A stretch of DNA of 64,000 nt from Nitrosopumilaceae archaeon (lineage in GTDB: Archaea > Thermoproteota > Nitrososphaeria > Nitrososphaerales > Nitrosopumilaceae). The position numbers and the translations under genes were made by a program. The stretch is taken from contig CBDCCK010000002.1 in assembly GCA_965214835.1 (NCBI GenBank), forward strand, positions 448,001 through 512,000, in the 5' to 3' direction. Position 1 is the first letter of the stretch, and each line of letters opens with the position of its first letter. The notes under the pieces are model-generated. The model was not told the DNA's origin, did no database searches, and was given only the letters and a program-made list of their open reading frames with translations. Shown in pieces: positions 9,057 through 19,221 of the stretch.

Positions 9057-10193
9057 GTGAGCAGACCAACCGAGGACGAAATCATTTCACTAGTGAGCTC
9101 GACATTTGATGTGGCCGAGATGGAGCAGGGCCCAGAGATGATTCAGTTCAGGATCAAGGCAGGCGAGTTCAAGGCAAAGTTTGCAGAGCTGGCACAGAGG
9201 CTAGAGGGACAGGGCATCGCATGCAGGCTGAGGCGGAAGGACGGCGGGCTGTACATAGTAGTCCACCGCCTGGAGTTCGGAAGGCAGGGGTGGCTGCGCT
9301 CCTCGCCATGGGTTCCAAGAATCCTGTTTGCCGTCGTAGTCGGATTCGTAGCCGTGGACGGATACTACAGGACAGTCGGCACAAACCAGCTGATCCCAAT
9401 CGGGGATCCGCTTGGGATGGCTGCAATCTACACCGCGGCACTGCTGGGCATACTCGGCGTCCACGAGGTAGGACACCTGGCAGCATCAAGGATGCACAAG
9501 ATCAAGACGACCTGGCCGTACTTTATACCTGGACTGCCCATAATCGGAATCCCGACGTTTGGCGCGCTGATCATGGCAAAGGGGCTGATGATCAACAGGG
9601 AGAAGGCATTCGATGTTGCAATCGCAGGCCCGCTTGCAGGCCTGGTAATCACAGTCATAGTCACGGCATATGCGGCATCCACGGTGCCCGTCATAGATCC
9701 CCTGCTCAGGGAGCAGCTGGAGCAGACGTCACTGCTTGGGGAGTGGCAGTTCGGAGAGCCCCTGCTCATGACTGCAAGCTTGGCGGCGTTTGGAAAGGGT
9801 GCCGAGGACAGCACGGTTCTGATGACGCCGCTGCTGTTTGCCTCCTGGATAGGGTTTTTTCTGACGTTTGCAAACCTGATGCCTGCCGGCCAGCTGGACG
9901 GGGGGCACCTCATGAGGACGGTGTTTGGTAAAAGGACGCTCAGAATCTTCACGTATGTCAGTGCGGGAATCCTGTTTTTGATGAACTTCTGGTTTGTCGC
10001 CCTGTTTGTCTTGTTCATGACCGGGCGCAAGTCAGGGATCACAATAATGGACGACATTACCCCGCTGTCCAGCGGGAGGAAGATCTCCTATGCGGCAGTC
10101 ATGATCCTGGCAGTGCTGTGCGCCCCGATTCCGGACAGCCTCACCGTAGTAGAACCCTTGCTCCATCTGATACAACAGACACCTTCTGCCTAG
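9057..10193 (+). CDS. Site-2 protease (peptidase M50)
   Basis: HEVGH, AIAGPLAG and NLMPAGQLDGGH motifs; multiple TM segments. Confidence 0.92.
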   Translation: MSRPTEDEIISLVSSTFDVAEMEQGPEMIQFRIKAGEFKAKFAELAQRLEGQGIACRLRRKDGGLYIVVHRLEFGRQGWLRSSPWVPRILFAVVVGFVAVDGYYRTVGTNQLIPIGDPLGMAAIYTAALLGILGVHEVGHLAASRMHKIKTTWPYFIPGLPIIGIPTFGALIMAKGLMINREKAFDVAIAGPLAGLVITVIVTAYAASTVPVIDPLLREQLEQTSLLGEWQFGEPLLMTASLAAFGKGAEDSTVLMTPLLFASWIGFFLTFANLMPAGQLDGGHLMRTVFGKRTLRIFTYVSAGILFLMNFWFVALFVLFMTGRKSGITIMDDITPLSSGRKISYAAVMILAVLCAPIPDSLTVVEPLLHLIQQTPSA

Positions 10194-11226
10194 GCCCCTG
10201 GGTCTTCAGGATGTGCTCTAGTGCGTACTTTGCGCCGTTGAGGGGAACCATGTTTAGCCTCTTGACATAGAGCTCGGGCAGTACGGAGACAAGCCCGACC
10301 TGGAGGATTTTCTGAATCTCCGTAAGGTAGAGCAGCGTCTCCATTCCGTCAATGTATCGCGCCGGATTCCTCAGCCTGCCGGCATCCAGCCTGCCCTCAA
10401 CGAACTGCCTGACCGCCTCAGAGCCCAGTCCGCCCCTGCACTCGGCCAGCAGGACTGCCAGCCCCCCCGTCCTGATGCCGCCGTGGCAGTTCCACAGCGA
10501 GGACAGTGATCGTCCAAGGGTGTCGTTGCTTGCATCCTTGCCCGTGCTGATTATCATGGCCTTTTGCTGTTCTGCGTCTCTGACTGCCACGGCCTCAAAG
10601 GGCTTTGAGATGTCCATGGTTTTGGCCGGATGGCCCACGGATACATCCACTATTCCCTTGGAGTTTGCAATTATCTCGATTCCGACAATCTCAAAGCTGT
10701 CTGCGAACCTTCTGGCCTCGGCGATGCTCTCAGTCGGCCGTCCGGGGGCAGGCAGGTTGTCCTTGCGTTTTGCGTATGCGGCCAGCATGTTTTCCTGTCC
10801 AAACCGGCGCAACAGCCTCGTAGAAATGGTCTCAAACCCGAACAGCCCGTCCAGCTCGATTTCGCTGACAAACACGAGGTTGGAGTCAGAGAGGTTTGCG
10901 TCACCGAACTCAGAGATTACGCTGCCCTCCGGAAGACCCTGCTTCACAAGATTGAGGATTTTTCTATCGGCTAGGATCTTGGGAAAGGGCAGGGACTTTT
11001 GCTCGCATATGGCATAGAGCGTGGAGATGACCTTTTGGATGCTTTTTGAGTTGTGAAGCACGGCCAGCTCCATGGGCTTTGAGAGGTCAAGGCCCGAAAG
11101 AAGCTTTTCGGACAGCCCAGAATCATCCAGGTTTTTGCCGCCCGAGTCGATGCTTTGCCCCAGATTCTCCGCCTTGATGTCCAAGACGACCTCAGATATA
11201 CCGTAGTTCAACCAGATTTCAGGCAC
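10141..11226 (-). CDS. Conserved thaumarchaeal protein, distantly LarA/DUF2088-like
   Basis: N-terminal EIWLNYG and C-terminal GG.AVLLAECRGGLG resemble the lactate racemase-like fold. Confidence 0.55.
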   Translation of the reverse strand: MPEIWLNYGISEVVLDIKAENLGQSIDSGGKNLDDSGLSEKLLSGLDLSKPMELAVLHNSKSIQKVISTLYAICEQKSLPFPKILADRKILNLVKQGLPEGSVISEFGDANLSDSNLVFVSEIELDGLFGFETISTRLLRRFGQENMLAAYAKRKDNLPAPGRPTESIAEARRFADSFEIVGIEIIANSKGIVDVSVGHPAKTMDISKPFEAVAVRDAEQQKAMIISTGKDASNDTLGRSLSSLWNCHGGIRTGGLAVLLAECRGGLGSEAVRQFVEGRLDAGRLRNPARYIDGMETLLYLTEIQKILQVGLVSVLPELYVKRLNMVPLNGAKYALEHILKTQGPRQKVSVVSDGARVLLR

Positions 11227-11930
11227 GATAGGATCACGTCACGATCCAAAATAAATCCAGTGTAGTTAATTTTGGCACGGAGTTTGTAAAGAATTTGCAA
11301 CGCTTTTGCATGAAAACGGCCCTCCAGATCCCCGTAGATTTGCCCTAGGCGCAAAAATGGCACCGCTCAGTTTGACGGATCCTCCACTAAAAAACCGCCG
11401 TAAAAACTTCGGCGGGATCCCCCGGACCGGGCAGTTCCAGATGCGAGTGCTATGATGCAAGTTGTAGTCAAGCCGTCTGGGTAAAAATCCTGCGATATGG
11501 GAAATGCAGGAGCTTGCCTCCAAGGCGACACTGCCGATCATGGTCTTTATGATCATGCCCATCACGCCACATCCCACGGAGGGGGCAAATTCTTACTGGG
11601 GAATCATGGCACAGGCATGCACCAGGCAGCCATGCAAAAGTCCAGGGAGCGTGACAGGGGGAGGCAACTATGCAAAAGTGGAATCCAAAGGAGCCAGCAT
11701 TGGGGGTGGCCTGTCTCCCAGGTGTGATTCTGCAAACCGCAAAAATTCCGGTCTGGTGGGGACGGGCGTCTCAAGAAACCCTTGGCCGGGCTCGGGCGCA
11801 GATTAATTCAAGTTAGGCAGCTCAGTCAAATGCCTTCACATCACTTGTCAGACATAACTCTGATTCCTCATTGCGGCCAATTCTGCTAGTACGCAGTCAT
11901 TTTAAAACTAATAGGAAATGTCCCGTTTTC

Positions 11931-12830
11931 CTAATGGTCCGTGCTGCTTTCAAAAACGCTCTCTGACCACTCTAGTACATTATGCAGGTCATCAGAGACC
12001 AAGTCTGCCTTGATCGAGTTCTTTTTCTCCACAGGTCCGGACATTACAGAGAACAGCCTTTTGCCGGACTTTTCCTTGACGGTCTCCATGGCATCTGCAA
12101 AGAATTTGAGGCCCTCCTCGGAATTGGAGAATACGGATACCACCATTATGCCTGTTTTTTTCTTCCATACTTTGGACAGCAGCTTTTGAAGGTCCAGATC
12201 AAACAGAACATCTGCAGCCGAGGACATGTCGCCTAGTGAAAATACGCTCCATCCCTGAGATCTGTATGATGCAGATGCGGACTCTACTACCAGCTGGCTC
12301 TCCGAGTCAGCTGCCAAGACTATGACGTTTTTGTCCGCACTCTCTTCGTGATGAGGGCCCTCCATGATTTTGATGCACTCGGAGATCATGTTCTTGAGCA
12401 GGTTTTCCTCTGCAGTCCCAATTTTGCCCTCGTTGAACATGTCCTGAACGACGCCAATCGAGGGCAGGATAACCTCAGTTGACAGCTTGGATACGGTGGC
12501 GCCAGAATGCAGACAGTTTCGAATGAGTGCATGCGTCTGTTTTTGGGAAAATGACGAGATTAGCTCCGAGAATTTTTTTTGTACAACGTAATAGTCGTCT
12601 GGAAACCTATACTGTTCAACATCATCATCAATGAACCACAGGATCGCATTTCCGATGTTTTTCTGGTTGATCATTCCCTCTGCTGCAAAAATGCCCAGAT
12701 ACTTTGTCATGGTAACCCGGTTAACCCCAAGGCGTTCGGAGATTTCAACCCCGGACAGTCCGGTCTTGGAGTCTTGAAGCAGGCCTACCAGCTTTTCTTT
12801 TAGCTCCCCAGTCTTGTAGCCCCGGCTCAT
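11931..12830 (-). CDS. HTH transcription regulator with B12-binding-like domain
   Basis: N-terminal wHTH (LSGVEISERLGVNRVTMTKYL), helical cap and GWSVFSLG Rossmann-like segment. Confidence 0.7.
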   Translation of the reverse strand: MSRGYKTGELKEKLVGLLQDSKTGLSGVEISERLGVNRVTMTKYLGIFAAEGMINQKNIGNAILWFIDDDVEQYRFPDDYYVVQKKFSELISSFSQKQTHALIRNCLHSGATVSKLSTEVILPSIGVVQDMFNEGKIGTAEENLLKNMISECIKIMEGPHHEESADKNVIVLAADSESQLVVESASASYRSQGWSVFSLGDMSSAADVLFDLDLQKLLSKVWKKKTGIMVVSVFSNSEEGLKFFADAMETVKEKSGKRLFSVMSGPVEKKNSIKADLVSDDLHNVLEWSESVFESSTDH

Positions 12831-12876
12831 ACTGATAATTTTCGCGGTGTTGTATAAAGTCTGATTTCAATCAAGC

Positions 12877-12970
12877 GTATGAGGCCAAGTACCTGGCCAT
12901 CCAATCAGGCATGAATTCGCATATAATCGTGATCTTCAGGCCGGGCCAGCAGTGGGGTGTGGCCTCACAC
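12877..12970. mobile_element. MITE family B (IS66-type, ~93 bp)
   Basis: GTATGAGG...CCTCACAC ends; near-perfect 8-bp TSD a(a/g)tcaagc. Confidence 0.75.
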
Positions 12971-13080
12971 AGTCAAGCACGGAGGCTAGTATGGAGAAAC
13001 AGCTTACGGCGAGTGAACAGGGCCGAATAAAAAAACATTATATAGTTGTGTACTTTATTGTACGGTAAGAGGAAAGTACA

Positions 13081-13467
13081 TTGCCAAAAGCAGGTTTCAA
13101 ATCAATCACAGTTTCAGAGTCAGTTTATGATAAATTCCATGAGGTCTACCAAAAGAACAAAGACGACCTTGTAATGAAGGGAGTCAATAGCTTTGCAGGC
13201 TATGTGACCTACATGCTAGAGGAGACGATGCAAAAGGACGAGACCTTTGCAAGATATGCTCCAAAACTAGAAAAGATCTCAGTTGATGATGACAGGGTAA
13301 TTCTCAAGGACAATGTGAAAAACAGGATTGCAGAGATTGCAGTTCAAAAGGGAGAGCTGCATTGTATGCTATGTGAAGAAAAGGACTGTGTTCACATAGG
13401 CTTTGTATGGTCACTGCCAGACGTATACGAAGTCCTGCACGCCAAGGGAATTAGAAATCCAAAATAA
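13081..13467 (+). CDS. Conserved thaumarchaeal hypothetical protein (RHH-like N-terminus, C-terminal Cys/His motif)
   Basis: MPKAGFKSITVSESVYDKF and CMLCEEKDCVH; TATA-like box upstream. Confidence 0.7.
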   Translation: MPKAGFKSITVSESVYDKFHEVYQKNKDDLVMKGVNSFAGYVTYMLEETMQKDETFARYAPKLEKISVDDDRVILKDNVKNRIAEIAVQKGELHCMLCEEKDCVHIGFVWSLPDVYEVLHAKGIRNPK

Positions 13468-13474
13468 AGGGCAG

Positions 13475-13595
13475 TGGAGGAGGCGGGATTTGAACCCGCG
13501 AACTCCTGAGAGACAGGATCACCCATTATATGATCTTAAGTCCTGCATGTCCAAAAGCAGTATCGCTTACTTTGGCCAGGCTTGATTACTCCTCC
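13475..13595 (-). tRNA. tRNA-Leu(UAA) with two introns (21 nt in the D-arm at 13549-13569; 15 nt at 37/38, 13520-13534)
   Basis: Spliced form GGAGGAGTAATCAAGCCTGGCCAAAGATGCAGGACTTAAGATCCTGTCTCTCAGGAGTTCGCGGGTTCAAATCCCGCCTCCTCCA folds as a cloverleaf; both introns fit bulge-helix-bulge geometry. Confidence 0.88.
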
Positions 13596-13680
13596 AAGGT
13601 AGGCTAGATTTCACAGAAATTTAACGGTTTAGAGATTCGATAATCAAGAATTATAAGGATTCCATACGAGCCAGACTTGT

Positions 13681-13754
13681 GCTCCGATAGCTCAGCCTGG
13701 TAGAGCGTTACCTTGGTAAGGTAAAGGTCGCGGGTTCAGATCCCGCTCGGAGCT
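13681..13754 (+). tRNA. tRNA-Thr(GGU)
   Basis: GCTCCGA/TCGGAGC acceptor stem; TTACC-TT-GGT-AA-GGTAA anticodon arm; GGTTCAGATCC T-arm. Confidence 0.95.
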
Positions 13755-13758
13755 TTTC

Positions 13759-14607
13759 TCAATAATTCGTAATGAGAAGCTCGCAGTGCCCGGTTCGCTT
13801 CTTAGAGTCAGAGTTGATGGCCCTGTTTGCGGCGATCCTTTGCATGTTCCACTTCTCCGGGAACAGCATTGAGACCTCCTTGGAGTCAGAATTGGACAGC
13901 ATTACCTTGGCGCCCTTTTTGTCTAGACTCACGCATAGCTGAGCCAGGCGCCTGAGATCCTCATAGCCAAAATCGTGGTCGGTATAGCTGGTAAAATTGG
14001 CAGTGTCACTGACCGGCTGATATGGAGGATCGAGGTAGACAAAGTCGTCCTTTGACACGTCACTTAGAATCGATGAAAAGTCACGGCATGAGATATCGAC
14101 CCCGCTTGGCTGGAGAATCCTGCTGACGGCGCGCAGGTTATCCTCATTTACGATGTTGGGATTCGTATACTTGCCAAGTGGAACGTTGAATTTCCCCCTG
14201 CTGTTTACGCGGTACAGTCCGTTAAAGCATGTACGGTTCAGGAAGATCAGCCTGGATGCCTTTTCTACCTGGCTCATAGGACTTGCCTCCCTGACAGAAT
14301 AGTAATAGGTCTTGGAGTCATTGGCATATCCCCGTGCATGGGCCCTAAGAGAGGAGATCAGATCCTCCACCATGTCACGGATGGTCACGTAGGTCAAAAC
14401 CAGGTCAGAGTTCAAGTCAGATGCCTTGCACTTTTGTTTTGACGAAAGCGTGAGGATGTGAAACAGCATTGCGCCCCCGCCCAAAAACGGCTCGTAATAC
14501 GTAGCGAATTTTGAGGGAATGCACTGCTCCAACGTAGACAGTAGCTGACGCTTGCCGCCTGCCCATTTGACAAAGGGCTTTGGTGCGGACAAAACCTGGT
14601 GTTTCAT
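13759..14607 (-). CDS. dam: Dam-family DNA adenine methyltransferase; 5' end hit by an IS481-like element
   Basis: KWAGGKRQL, YEPFLGGGA, NRTCFNGLYRVN and DPPY motifs. Confidence 0.92.
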   Translation of the reverse strand: MKHQVLSAPKPFVKWAGGKRQLLSTLEQCIPSKFATYYEPFLGGGAMLFHILTLSSKQKCKASDLNSDLVLTYVTIRDMVEDLISSLRAHARGYANDSKTYYYSVREASPMSQVEKASRLIFLNRTCFNGLYRVNSRGKFNVPLGKYTNPNIVNEDNLRAVSRILQPSGVDISCRDFSSILSDVSKDDFVYLDPPYQPVSDTANFTSYTDHDFGYEDLRRLAQLCVSLDKKGAKVMLSNSDSKEVSMLFPEKWNMQRIAANRAINSDSKKRTGHCELLITNY

Positions 14608-15762
14608 ATGGAAACTAGTTCCGCCCCCTCATTAGTATTCTTCTCCATCCATTTTGGATCGCTTTTCCTGATCGCTTCTGAGGCCTCCCGACTCCGGAAC
14701 GCCATCATGGGCGTCTCGGCGCGCCCCATGTCAAGCGAATAGTGCGTCCTGCGCTCGTTGAACTCGATGAACCCGTCGACCTTGTCAAAGTGCACCAGCT
14801 CCCCAAGCGTCTCAAACCACCTCCCAAGCTTGCCGTTGATCTGTGGGTGGTGCGGATGCGAGTTGAGCAGGGCGATATCTCGCTCTAGCAGCTCGTCCTC
14901 AGACAGCATAGGCGTCCATCTGCCCCGGGGGGTACTGCACCTAGCCGACATAAGGCAGGTGCCGTCATCCGTGTCCGGGCCGGCACCCCGAGCACCCTGA
15001 CTGCCTTGCGCAGCACCAAGACGGCGTTCGAGGTCACGCACTCGGAGACGCCGAATCCAGTCATACACCGCGAGAAGTCGTCAAGATGTGCCTGCCAGAT
15101 TGAGTCCTTTTAGGCGTGGATCCTTCGTGTCAGCCTGCGTGCCACATTGCGTTTGAGTACTTGTGCTAGAACCGTAGCCATTTGCGCTGTCTGAATCTTG
15201 CATGCGGCCCGTGATTCCCTCGGCCTTTATGATCCTGTATGCAGAATAGTACCTTGTCTGCCTGCGGCCCTCATGCGCGAGGCCAGACGCACCACGCCCG
15301 ACGGCACCCGGGCATGTGCATCAAGGACCGCCTTGACGTCCTCGGGGATCCGCATTCTTGAGAAGTGATTCACAATTAAAAACCGTGTGGACATGCAAAT
15401 TTGTCTATCAACTTGCTAAACAATCTGACAAGTGATGTGATTTTTGCGATCATTTTGATCCGTGTAGCGCATATCCATATTCCAGTAATCCAAGATTGCC
15501 AGTTGTGAATCACCTCTCTACGTGGCCTTGGCAGGATCGTGCTGGGGTTAGGGAGCCTGGCCCACACCTTCCTGACGTACCCGTAGCTGATGCCCAGCTC
15601 CCGGGCCATCTGCTTGGGCGGCACGCCCTTTTTTTTCTGCCCGCCCATATACCGAAGCGGCTTTTTCTCCAGTCTTTTGCTCGTATTTTTGGATCGATAC
15701 AGCCTAAAACAATTCTTCAAAGCACGTCTGATCTCAAGCGGAACTGATTTTCATACGATACA
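14600..15762 (-). mobile_element. Degenerate IS481-family element with 15-bp target duplication
   Basis: TIR TGTTTCATATGGAAACTAGTTCCGC vs TGTATCGTATGAAAATCAGTTCCGC; DR GCGGACAAAACCTGG at 14585-14599 and 15763-15777; fragments HPQINGKLGRWF, FNERRTHYSL and an N-terminal HTH. Confidence 0.85.
15360..15518. mobile_element. MITE (A-related termini) nested in the IS481 remnant
   Basis: GAGAAGTGATTCACAA / TTGTGAATCACCTCTC inverted ends. Confidence 0.6.
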
Positions 15763-15765
15763 GCG

Positions 15766-15809
15766 GACAAAACCTGGTCGTATTGCTGACAAAACCTGGT
15801 CGTATTGCT
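15766..15809. repeat. 22-bp tandem duplication over the original dam 5' end
   Basis: GACAAAACCTGGTCGTATTGCT x2. Confidence 0.9.
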
Positions 15810-15945
15810 GCAATCACAAAAAGCACGGTTATACTCAAGTAACAACAAGTGATCACAATCTGTGCAATGGTTTTTGAATAAATTTAACAAGCCGCACCTG
15901 TGTTAGGAGCGGTCTAACAAAATGAAAAGGAAAGGTTTGGGTTTT

Positions 15946-16596
15946 TTAGTCCCACTTTGACCATGCGGCCATCCATCTGTAGGTCCACGTATTGAGTTTA
16001 CAACCCAACGCCGTGAAGGTACATGCCAAGACTGCACCAGCACCTGCACCCAGCGCGACCGGACTGTTATAGAACTTTCCGACTTGCGGTTCAATTGGTG
16101 TCATGTATGGTGGTAATGTAGGTCTTGGATACTTGAAGGCCGTTTCTAGTGGGTCTGCGACCGTAATCAGGTTTACCATGTTGAACAATGGTAAAGACAT
16201 TCCTACCAGTACGCCGCCGAACAGTATCAAGCTGTGCTTGTTCTTCTTTGTAGCCCAATATGCCAAGTCCATCAGCATTGCCGATGGCAACCAAACTGGA
16301 GTGACAATGAAGTCGTATGGATAGCCTAGTGCAAACCATGCACCTTTTGCAATCCACGTGTATACCGTCATGATTAATGCGTAGTACGTTGCTGTTCCTG
16401 GAACACCTGTAAAGGTCAGATAATATGCTGCGCCTACTGCGAGCATAAGCGTTTGTGATATAGAGAATACTACAAACGATGTCCAGGCCCAGTCTGTGTA
16501 GAAGATGTAGTCTCCTGCGTTGATTGTTAACAGGGTCGAATTAACTGCAACCACTACTATGAATAGATAGTGAGTACATCGTCTAAGCCAGACCAT
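15946..16596 (-). CDS. amoA: Ammonia monooxygenase subunit A
   Basis: MVWLRRCTHYLF...GDYIFYTDWAWTS...WTYRWMAAWSKWD. Confidence 0.99.
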   Translation of the reverse strand: MVWLRRCTHYLFIVVVAVNSTLLTINAGDYIFYTDWAWTSFVVFSISQTLMLAVGAAYYLTFTGVPGTATYYALIMTVYTWIAKGAWFALGYPYDFIVTPVWLPSAMLMDLAYWATKKNKHSLILFGGVLVGMSLPLFNMVNLITVADPLETAFKYPRPTLPPYMTPIEPQVGKFYNSPVALGAGAGAVLACTFTALGCKLNTWTYRWMAAWSKWD

Positions 16597-16705
16597 TAGT
16601 AAGTTGGGCAAGTAGTCAGTATATAAAATTTTACTAGATGATGAAGATCGGCACGACTAGGCGTCAACCCAAGGGAAAAAGAGAAAAATCTGAAGGAAAA
16701 ACCTT

Positions 16706-17068
16706 CTAGTTTCCTACGTATAGGGAGATAATTACCGTACCAACTGCAGTTCCTGCGATAGTACCTGCAACTACACCGTTGCTCTTCTTGTTTGAGCCCT
16801 CTTCACAGACTTTGACCGAGAAGATGTAGCCGATTGCCTCAATAATCGTGAGGACAATGAATGCATAGTGGCCACTAGGCGTTGGATATGCCCATGGATA
16901 GTAGAAATATCCTGCTGCCGTACCTCCAAATGTTGCAAGCCATGCTGCGATGTAGGATACCGTAATAATTCCAGTCATATTCTCGACGCGACGGCCGATC
17001 ATTTTTTCGACGTCTGCGCTTGAACCGCCAGAACCGCCGGCTGAACCGAATCCTTTAGGAAGAGTCAT
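16706..17068 (-). CDS. amoX: Ammonia monooxygenase subunit X
   Basis: MTLPKGFG...GYFYYPWAYPTPSGHYAF; adjacent to amoA. Confidence 0.92.
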   Translation of the reverse strand: MTLPKGFGSAGGSGGSSADVEKMIGRRVENMTGIITVSYIAAWLATFGGTAAGYFYYPWAYPTPSGHYAFIVLTIIEAIGYIFSVKVCEEGSNKKSNGVVAGTIAGTAVGTVIISLYVGN

Positions 17069-17171
17069 TCTGGATTTATACCATGTAGAATCTTTTTAAG
17101 TCTTTCTTAAGCCAGGCAGCTGGTCGAATTTTGCCACGCATACTGGCCCACTTGGCCCCGATCTTTTCCTT

Positions 17172-17263
17172 GTATGTGGTCACGTCCCCTTGTTAGCTAG
17201 GCACGAAAATCACAATCATGCATCTAATTCGTGCCTGACTGATGGGGGTAGGTGGCCTCGTAC
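17172..17263. mobile_element. MITE family B
   Basis: GTATGTGGTCAC...GGCCTCGTAC ends; homologous to 29438 and 56240. Confidence 0.8.
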
Positions 17264-17559
17264 TTTTTATAGACAAAAACAAGGACAGGCCCTCATGTGG
17301 TAAGCGTGCCAGAACTCATTGGGCCCACCACACAGTCACTGCAGCATTCTTGTTTCTAGCACCTAAAACCTCCTGGGGCCCTGGCCCCGCAAGAATTCAC
17401 CCCCTAGGCGACACTACAGGTCATAACCTTGATCACCATGCCCACCACGCCGTATTTTTGGGGTGGGGTAAGATCCTACCCTGGCCTCCGTCGGCTCTAC
17501 CAAAAACAAACCTTTTCCAGTGGCAGGTGTTTGGGGCCACGCCGGATAAGTGGTGGGTA

Positions 17560-17950
17560 TCTTTGCACGGCTTCAAATCTGCACGCAATGGCGACAATCG
17601 GAGCATGGTATAATACGTACAGTCGAAGGTGGATCATTTTCTTATCAAAGTAGGTACGATTATCAAAATTATGATCCGTTTTTTGATGTGTGTACTGATA
17701 TTCTAGGCGACCTCCGGCACTGCCTACGACTTGCCTGAGTTTGTCCGCATGTTCGTGCGCATTCCCGGCGGCAGGAACATCATGACACTTGATTTGGCCT
17801 ACGACTCGTACGGCAGCTGCCCAGCTGTACGAGATCACACTCCCTTCTTAGTTGATGGAAGGGATAGCAGAAAGGAAGGCCATATCAGGGCCTGTAGTGT
17901 GCCACAAAAAATAGATCATGGTTTTGACATATCGTGCCTACTTTGATGAA
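17560..17950 (+). pseudogene. Degraded IS5-like transposase fragment
   Basis: Broken frame with YDLPEFVRMFVRIPGG...TLDLAYDS (D.AYDS catalytic segment); boundaries approximate. Confidence 0.45.
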
Positions 17951-18225
17951 AAAATGAATCCACTTTCAACTGTACGCGGTAGGAGACAGTAAGTGGAAGA
18001 CGATAATCCAGAATGCCAAAGTCCGATCTATCTACGTGTCCCAGAGGAAATCACCCCAGCCGTAAGCGTCCCAGCCCCGTCAAGGGAGGCACGGCAGACC
18101 GTCCAAGGCACGGGGTTTTTGTGACCGAGCAGGGCCAGATGGGCCGGAACGGGGGTTTTGATGCAAAATACGAGTCGTACGGCCAGATGTGAAAAGAAGA
18201 AATACGGCCTTAGATAATTTTTGTA

Positions 18226-18299
18226 AGGGATGTAGGTTAGCTTGGTATACTGCCAGCTTCGGGTGCTGGAGTTCGTGGGTTCAAGTCCCATCATCCCTA
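18226..18299 (+). tRNA. tRNA-Pro(CGG)
   Basis: AGGGATG/CATCCCT acceptor stem; CCAGC-TT-CGG-GT-GCTGG anticodon arm; GGTTCAAGTCC T-arm. Confidence 0.9.
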
Positions 18300-18398
18300 C
18301 TATACAATTCACCGAGAGCTCGTCCTCAAACCGGCCACAAACCCGACGTATGGCGTCATTTGAAAAAGTAAAAGAAAAAAAGTGCGATTGCACTGTGT

Positions 18399-18962
18399 CT
18401 ATGGGATTGCCCTACTGTACAGCTTGCCTTCTAGGGCCATCTTGTACATTTCGGCAACGTATGGGTTCTCACCAGGAGTTTCTGCGCCCAGTTCTACGAG
18501 TCTGGCGTAAACCCTGACTACGTATGCGAGTGCTCCCATGAATGCAACTACTACACCCATGTTAAACATCCAGTGATTTGGAACTGCAAAGATCTCCTCT
18601 ACAAACCAAAAGTGCCACATCTCGTTGACTCCAATTGTAAACATGGTTGCCAAGTAACCTAGAATGGTCATCTTTAGACCGGTGTTCATGGAGTTGTTTG
18701 GACCTCTGAGAACGGGCACCTTTCTATCATAGATTGCGACCGAGCCCCATCCTAGTGGTAATGCCACAAAGTGTGAGTATAGCCACCAGTGTGCTGGGGT
18801 AAATGCGCTGTCTCTGATAGATGTTTGATGTAGAGAACCATCAACGAAGTTGTCCACTTCGACTGATGCTGCAGTTGATCCCATAGCAATAACGATGAGC
18901 CAGATCTTCTTTAGTCTCTGAATCTCAACCTCTTTTGGGATTAATGCCGGCATTTGTGCCAT
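18399..18962 (-). CDS. amoC: Ammonia monooxygenase subunit C
   Basis: MAQMPALIPKEVEIQRLKK, DGSLHQTSIRDSAFTPAH and NEMWHFWFVEE. Confidence 0.99.
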   Translation of the reverse strand: MAQMPALIPKEVEIQRLKKIWLIVIAMGSTAASVEVDNFVDGSLHQTSIRDSAFTPAHWWLYSHFVALPLGWGSVAIYDRKVPVLRGPNNSMNTGLKMTILGYLATMFTIGVNEMWHFWFVEEIFAVPNHWMFNMGVVVAFMGALAYVVRVYARLVELGAETPGENPYVAEMYKMALEGKLYSRAIP

Positions 18963-19221
18963 GATACTATTGCTATTTGTTTTAGATATAAACTAAGAGT
19001 TCTAAAATCCTAACTTTTTCTAAAAATATCGGAAATTGATCACTAAAATTATGTAAGAATTGCAATGCTGGAATAATGATTTCAGAAATATTTTAATCCA
19101 TTTTTTCAACATCCTAATGATTAACATTGGTGATTATCTTAATTTTATCCATATCGATCTCTTACATTCAAGGCAAAACATATAACGACGTAAGTTACCT
19201 TTCTGGACATAAGGGATAAGC

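Noticed and set aside
13681-18299. tRNA-Thr or tRNA-Pro as the att site of an integrated element
   Set aside because: No duplicated tRNA 3' end was found elsewhere in the window by eye.
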